Assembly (NCBI GenBank): GCA_036630325.1
Contig: CP142734.1
Span: 744,001 to 808,000, forward strand
Reading direction: 5' to 3'
DNA: 64,000 nt
From: Vairimorpha necatrix
Taxonomy: Eukaryota
A program made the position numbers and the translations under genes. The notes under the pieces were generated by a model. That model was not told the origin of the DNA. It searched no databases and worked only from the letters and a program-made list of their open reading frames with translations. Shown piece by piece: positions 59,327-64,000 of the stretch; within the stretch, counting starts at the first letter, position 1, and each line of letters opens with the position of its first letter.

Positions 59327-61798
59327 ATGAAATGCACTTACTGCGAGTTACCTTCAAATTTAGTAGAATGCTCCACATGTAACAAATTCTTCTGTAATTC
59401 CAGATCCTCATCTTCTATCTCTCACATTATCTTCCACTTAGTAAAAACAAAGCACAAATCTATTATTATTAATAATGAAGATATTCTCTGTACTAAATGT
59501 AATGAAGATAATATTTTCAAATTAGTAAAATATGATAATATAATATATTGTAAAGAGTGTTCTACTACTCATACTACTAGTACTAATCATACTAATCTTT
59601 CTTCTTCTACTAGTAGTAATCATACTAATCTTTCTTCTTCTTCTAGTACTAATCATTCTTCAACTAATCTTTCTACTAGTAATCTTTCTTTACTAGTAGA
59701 AGAAAGATGTCTTACTATTTTACCATCAAATACTACAAATATACAATTATCTAAATCTCAAATGATAGAAATAGAAGAAAAGTCTTCTTATTTATTACCA
59801 TCTGTTAAATCTAGACTTGATCCTTTAGAATATGTTAATATATTTACTACTTTAATAGATGCAGAATGTCAAAAAGAAAGAGAAATTAAAGAACAAATGA
59901 GACAAGAGAATGTAGTGATAAGATGGGAGACTATGAAATATGGATATTTTTATTTTTATAGATCTAATACAGATTTAAAGATTAATATAGGAGATGAGAT
60001 AAAATTGACACATAAAAGTGGATTATGTTTAACAGGGTATATAAATAATGATAATTTTAGTGAAGAATTAAGATTTGAAGTAGATCAAAGTGGAGATTAT
60101 CCGCGAAGTGGGTATATAATAGAATATATATGGAGAGGAGTATGTTATGAAAGGATGAAATGGGCACTGAATAAATTATACAATCAATATCTACGTCAAC
60201 AAAATTACAAAGTATTTAAAGATGAGAATGTATTTAAAGATGATAATGATAAAGTATGTAAGAATGAGAATGATAAAGTATGTAAGAATGATAATGTAGT
60301 AGTTAATGATAATATAAATAATACTAGTAATACTAATACTACTAATACTAGTAATACTAATACATATAATCAATTAAGTAGTAATAGTAATAGTGAAGAC
60401 ATAAATTTATTTGAATATTTAGTAAGAGGGGGTAAAGAAAATATTAAATTAAATTTAGAAATAGATAATCCTCCCAATCTCCCCATTCTGAATAAATATC
60501 AAGAATTAGCAGTCAAGGCTGCTCTAAGTAGAAAAGTGACACTAATACAAGGCCCCCCTGGTACGGGGAAGACACTAGTCTCTGCTGCTATAGTATATAA
60601 TTATATTAAGAAGAATAAAGGCCCAGTCTTAGTAGTAGCCCCTTCTAATACAGCAGTAGATCAATTAACTCTTAAGATTCATAAGACAGGACTTAAGATA
60701 ATCCGAGTGATGAGTAGAAGAAGGGAGTACACACAATCAGATGTGAATTTCTTAAGTCTCCATGAGAATGTACGGGAGTACCTATCTAATTTAGATGACA
60801 TTCTTCTTGATAAATATAGTGTAGACAAATCTAATTTAGATAAATCAAATACGACTAAGACAAACTTAGTAGATAAATCAAATACAACTAATTTGGTAGA
60901 TAATGCAAAGAGGAAATTATTAATGAAGGCTGATGTCATTTCTTGTACTTGTGTTACTGCTGGTCAGAAAATGTTTAATAAAATGAAATTTACTTGTGTT
61001 TTAGTAGATGAAGCAGTCCAGAGTACTGAGCCTCTAAATCTTATTCCTTTAGTCTACGGGTGTAAGAAACTTATTCTTGTAGGAGATCATAAACAATTAG
61101 GCCCTACTATCTTAAGTAAGAAAGTAGCCCAGGCTGGATTTAAACAGAGTATGTTTGAGAGATTAATTTCTATAGGTGTCTCTCCTTATATCTTAAATTT
61201 ACAATATAGAATGCACCCTGACTTATGTGAGTGGCCTTCTGAGACATTTTATAATGGGGAATTATTAAGTGGTAATAGACTTACTTATAAATATAATATA
61301 AATATTCCTCATAACTTCTTCTATGCTTGTTTTGGTAAAGAAGAAGTCAGTGCAAGTGGTACTAGTTTCATAAATCCTATGGAGGCTTTATATTGTGAGA
61401 GTATTATAAGACATCTCTTTAAATCTGGTATAACTGAGAATCAAATAGGAGTAATTACTCCTTATGAGGGACAGAGATCTCATATTCTAAATAGAGTCTT
61501 CGGGTCTGAACCAGGGAATCTAGAGATAAGTAATGTAGACGGGTTTCAAGGGAGAGAGAAGGATTTTATAATAGTAAGTCTAGTGAGATCTAATCAGTAC
61601 CAAGGGATAGGATTTGTAGGAGATAAAAGGAGGATGAATGTGACACTTACAAGGGCGAAGCATGGGCTTATTATAATAGGGAATCCTAATACAATGATGA
61701 AACATGAAATATGGAAGAATTTATTAGAATATTATGATAAGAAAGGACTTATACTTGAGGGGCCCCTTGGGGATTTAAGGAGATATGCAATATTATAA
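59327..61798 (+). CDS. UPF1: Nonsense-mediated decay SF1 helicase UPF1/NAM7
   Basis: N-terminal CH domain (CTYC..CSTCNKFFCN..SHIIFHLVKTKH), QGPPGTGKT, APSNTAVD, DEAVQ, VGDHKQLGP, QYRMHP and VDGFQGREKD. Confidence 0.95.
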   Translation: MKCTYCELPSNLVECSTCNKFFCNSRSSSSISHIIFHLVKTKHKSIIINNEDILCTKCNEDNIFKLVKYDNIIYCKECSTTHTTSTNHTNLSSSTSSNHTNLSSSSSTNHSSTNLSTSNLSLLVEERCLTILPSNTTNIQLSKSQMIEIEEKSSYLLPSVKSRLDPLEYVNIFTTLIDAECQKEREIKEQMRQENVVIRWETMKYGYFYFYRSNTDLKINIGDEIKLTHKSGLCLTGYINNDNFSEELRFEVDQSGDYPRSGYIIEYIWRGVCYERMKWALNKLYNQYLRQQNYKVFKDENVFKDDNDKVCKNENDKVCKNDNVVVNDNINNTSNTNTTNTSNTNTYNQLSSNSNSEDINLFEYLVRGGKENIKLNLEIDNPPNLPILNKYQELAVKAALSRKVTLIQGPPGTGKTLVSAAIVYNYIKKNKGPVLVVAPSNTAVDQLTLKIHKTGLKIIRVMSRRREYTQSDVNFLSLHENVREYLSNLDDILLDKYSVDKSNLDKSNTTKTNLVDKSNTTNLVDNAKRKLLMKADVISCTCVTAGQKMFNKMKFTCVLVDEAVQSTEPLNLIPLVYGCKKLILVGDHKQLGPTILSKKVAQAGFKQSMFERLISIGVSPYILNLQYRMHPDLCEWPSETFYNGELLSGNRLTYKYNINIPHNFFYACFGKEEVSASGTSFINPMEALYCESIIRHLFKSGITENQIGVITPYEGQRSHILNRVFGSEPGNLEISNVDGFQGREKDFIIVSLVRSNQYQGIGFVGDKRRMNVTLTRAKHGLIIIGNPNTMMKHEIWKNLLEYYDKKGLILEGPLGDLRRYAIL

Positions 61799-61799
61799 T

Positions 61800-61975
61800 A
61801 GATTTAAAATATATAAAATATATAAAATATATAAAATATATTATATTGGATTTATATTATATTGGATTTATTTATATTATATAAAATATTGGATTTATTT
61901 ATATTGGATTTATATTATATTGGATTTATTAAGTATGTATTATATTATATTATAATATATTTTATATTATAATAT
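61800..61975. repeat. AT-rich low-complexity intergenic repeats (aaaatatat, atattggattt)
   Basis: Read directly, between two convergent stop codons. Confidence 0.8.
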
Positions 61976-61987
61976 TAGAGAGCTTGC

Positions 61988-63763
61988 TTATAAATTGTTC
62001 TCATTTATAAATATTATCTTCTCTTCTATATTCTTGATCTTATTCTTTACATTATTCTTTAAGTTCTTAAAGATGTCTTCTTTGGAAGAGACCAGAGGTC
62101 TCTTCTCCAATATATCTTCTTTATTATTATTATCAATTGTATAATCTTCTTTATTATTATCTTTATTATTATCTTCTTTATTATCTTCTTTATTATACAT
62201 TGTATCTTCTTCTTTTATACTGTCTTCTTTATTATTATCTTCTAATTTTACTATGTCTTCTTTTATACTGTCTTCTTTTATTATGTCTTCTTTATCTATA
62301 ACTTCTTTAGTATCTATTGTATAATCTTTATTAACTTCTTTAGTATCTATTGTATAATCTTTAACTATATCTTCTTTATCCTTCATTCCTTCTATTAATA
62401 TTACATCTTTATCACATAGTTTTTGTTGGTAGAACTCCCTTATGGCGTACACTTTGTCATCTTTGAATATCTCGAGATACTTCTCTCCTACCTTATTCTT
62501 CATACACTCCTCCATTAGTGTCCTCCTGTATCTCCAGTCTAAATCAAACTCAGTAAACAAATTCTTAATAAACTCTTCTCTTTCTACTTCCTTAAAATAC
62601 TTTATTATTCCCATCTTCTTTACTAATATCTTTTTATACACTTTATATTTACTACAATCTAGTACTAAATGTCGTATTGTATCATCATCTATAATATATC
62701 TCTCTATATTCTTTAATATATTAATTCTTATCTTCTCTTTTATACTCTGTATATTTAAATCTAATAATCTCTTAATTATTATATTCATTTCTCTTTTATC
62801 TTCTTCATAATAATCTACTAATAAGTCACTTATATCTATAAAATCATTAATCTTTAATATACTCAGTGTAGTGAATGATGTATTACACCACTTTAAGAAA
62901 TATTTATAATCATATATTCCCTTCTTGAGTATCTCTTCATTCATTTCTAGATGATCTTTAAGTTTAATGTATAAAGAAGGGGATATGTTCTTTATAATGA
63001 GATGTTTGTAGCCACTCTTGGAATATTTGATCAATTTTGTGAGGAGTGTGGAGTCGTCTTTGTAAGTGAGGAAAATGCAAGCATTTTCTATAAAGAAATT
63101 GAGATTTAAATTTTCATAATCCAGGAGTGATCTAATTAATAAAGAAGAAGAAGATTTATCTTCTTCATTATTAATATCTTTAATATCTTTGATATCTTTA
63201 TTCTTATCTTCTTTAATATGCATATTTTCTATTAATTCATTAATACCACTTAAAGTACTACCACTTGTAAGATTAAATTTATTTAAAATACTATCACTTG
63301 CAGTATTAGTAACATATTTGTGGTTGAGCCTTATTTTTAATATGTTGAGTTCTATAAATATGTCCTTTCTTTCTTGATATTTCTCTATTAATTTGTCTAT
63401 ATTTGTAAAATCCTTAATCTTCTTATAAATATATGTAAAAACATCCACTACTTGTTTAAGGCAGACATCCATGATGGGAGTACAAAAATCAAAGAAGTAA
63501 TCACTAATACACTTACTTAATATATTATCTTCGTAGTGCTTTAGTACTAAATTAGATATATCCTCGTAGATTAATATTCCATATGTGTAATCTTTTATAA
63601 CTACTTCTTTTAATCTACTAATAACTTCTACTAAATCATATTGTGCTTCTATCTCTGGTATATTCTTGTATATCCACAATATGTGGAGAGTATTTGAATA
63701 ATCAAGACTTGAGAATTTCTCCTTGAAATTTCTGCCATTTATGCAGTTCATGCGGGAGATCAT
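61988..63763 (-). CDS. Probable divergent PP2A scaffold (A/PR65) subunit, HEAT-like, with an acidic low-complexity tail
   Basis: DLDWRYR and DDKVYAIRE resemble recalled PR65 motifs DAKWRVR and DHVYAIRE. The first ATG at 63763 follows a CCCC motif. Confidence 0.6.
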   Translation of the reverse strand: MISRMNCINGRNFKEKFSSLDYSNTLHILWIYKNIPEIEAQYDLVEVISRLKEVVIKDYTYGILIYEDISNLVLKHYEDNILSKCISDYFFDFCTPIMDVCLKQVVDVFTYIYKKIKDFTNIDKLIEKYQERKDIFIELNILKIRLNHKYVTNTASDSILNKFNLTSGSTLSGINELIENMHIKEDKNKDIKDIKDINNEEDKSSSSLLIRSLLDYENLNLNFFIENACIFLTYKDDSTLLTKLIKYSKSGYKHLIIKNISPSLYIKLKDHLEMNEEILKKGIYDYKYFLKWCNTSFTTLSILKINDFIDISDLLVDYYEEDKREMNIIIKRLLDLNIQSIKEKIRINILKNIERYIIDDDTIRHLVLDCSKYKVYKKILVKKMGIIKYFKEVEREEFIKNLFTEFDLDWRYRRTLMEECMKNKVGEKYLEIFKDDKVYAIREFYQQKLCDKDVILIEGMKDKEDIVKDYTIDTKEVNKDYTIDTKEVIDKEDIIKEDSIKEDIVKLEDNNKEDSIKEEDTMYNKEDNKEDNNKDNNKEDYTIDNNNKEDILEKRPLVSSKEDIFKNLKNNVKNKIKNIEEKIIFINENNL

Positions 63764-63906
63764 TTTTATATTTGAGATGGGGAAAAAATAAACAAAAATA
63801 AACAAGAGAAAAATAAAAAAATTATATAAATAATGATATAAAGTTATATAATCTAATATTAATAATATAGTACTATAATATAAAGTTATATAATATTATA
63901 GTATTA

Positions 63907-64000
63907 TAATATTCTACTGTACTAATACAGTCCAATATTATATCTAATATTCTACTGTACTAATACAGTCCAATATTATATCTAATATTCTACTGTACTA
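63907..64000. repeat. 38-bp tandem repeat ttctactgtactaatacagtccaatattatatctaata, more than 2 copies, runs off the window
   Basis: Read directly from the sequence. Confidence 0.85.

Noticed and set aside
606-63377. Numerous 60-170 aa ORFs antisense to or overlapping TE and gene ORFs
   Set aside because: Shadow frames of AT-biased coding sequence with no independent support.

Overview
AT-rich eukaryotic DNA, very probably from a microsporidian of the Nosema/Vairimorpha type. This is inferred from compact intronless genes, a CCC motif just upstream of most ATGs, and the mix of transposon families. Positions 1 to about 56,200 are a nested transposon field. It holds at least six Ty3/gypsy LTR elements or remnants, seven Merlin (IS1595/ISXO2-like) elements, one Mutator, one piggyBac, one pogo, one RepHel Helitron with six non-autonomous copies, two full and two partial integrase-only (Ginger-like) transposons, and a tRNA-headed SINE inserted into another copy of itself. 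Only one intact host gene (826 aa, signal peptide) lies in this field. From about 56.7 kb there is a compact gene block: CorA Mg transporter, RPR2/Rpp21, UPF1 and a probable PP2A A subunit. Best leads: (1) a ~3.1-kb protease-less Ty3/gypsy family with 38-bp LTRs that overlap the ORF start and stop; (2) a ~800-nt structured tRNA-headed SINE; (3) a Ginger-like transposon with a conserved outward Pol III A/B-box unit and the same target sequence at both insertions; (4) Helitrons found only in heterogeneous head-to-tail arrays; (5) LTRs that lack a PBS but end in a hairpin. All calls were made by eye and no database searches were run.
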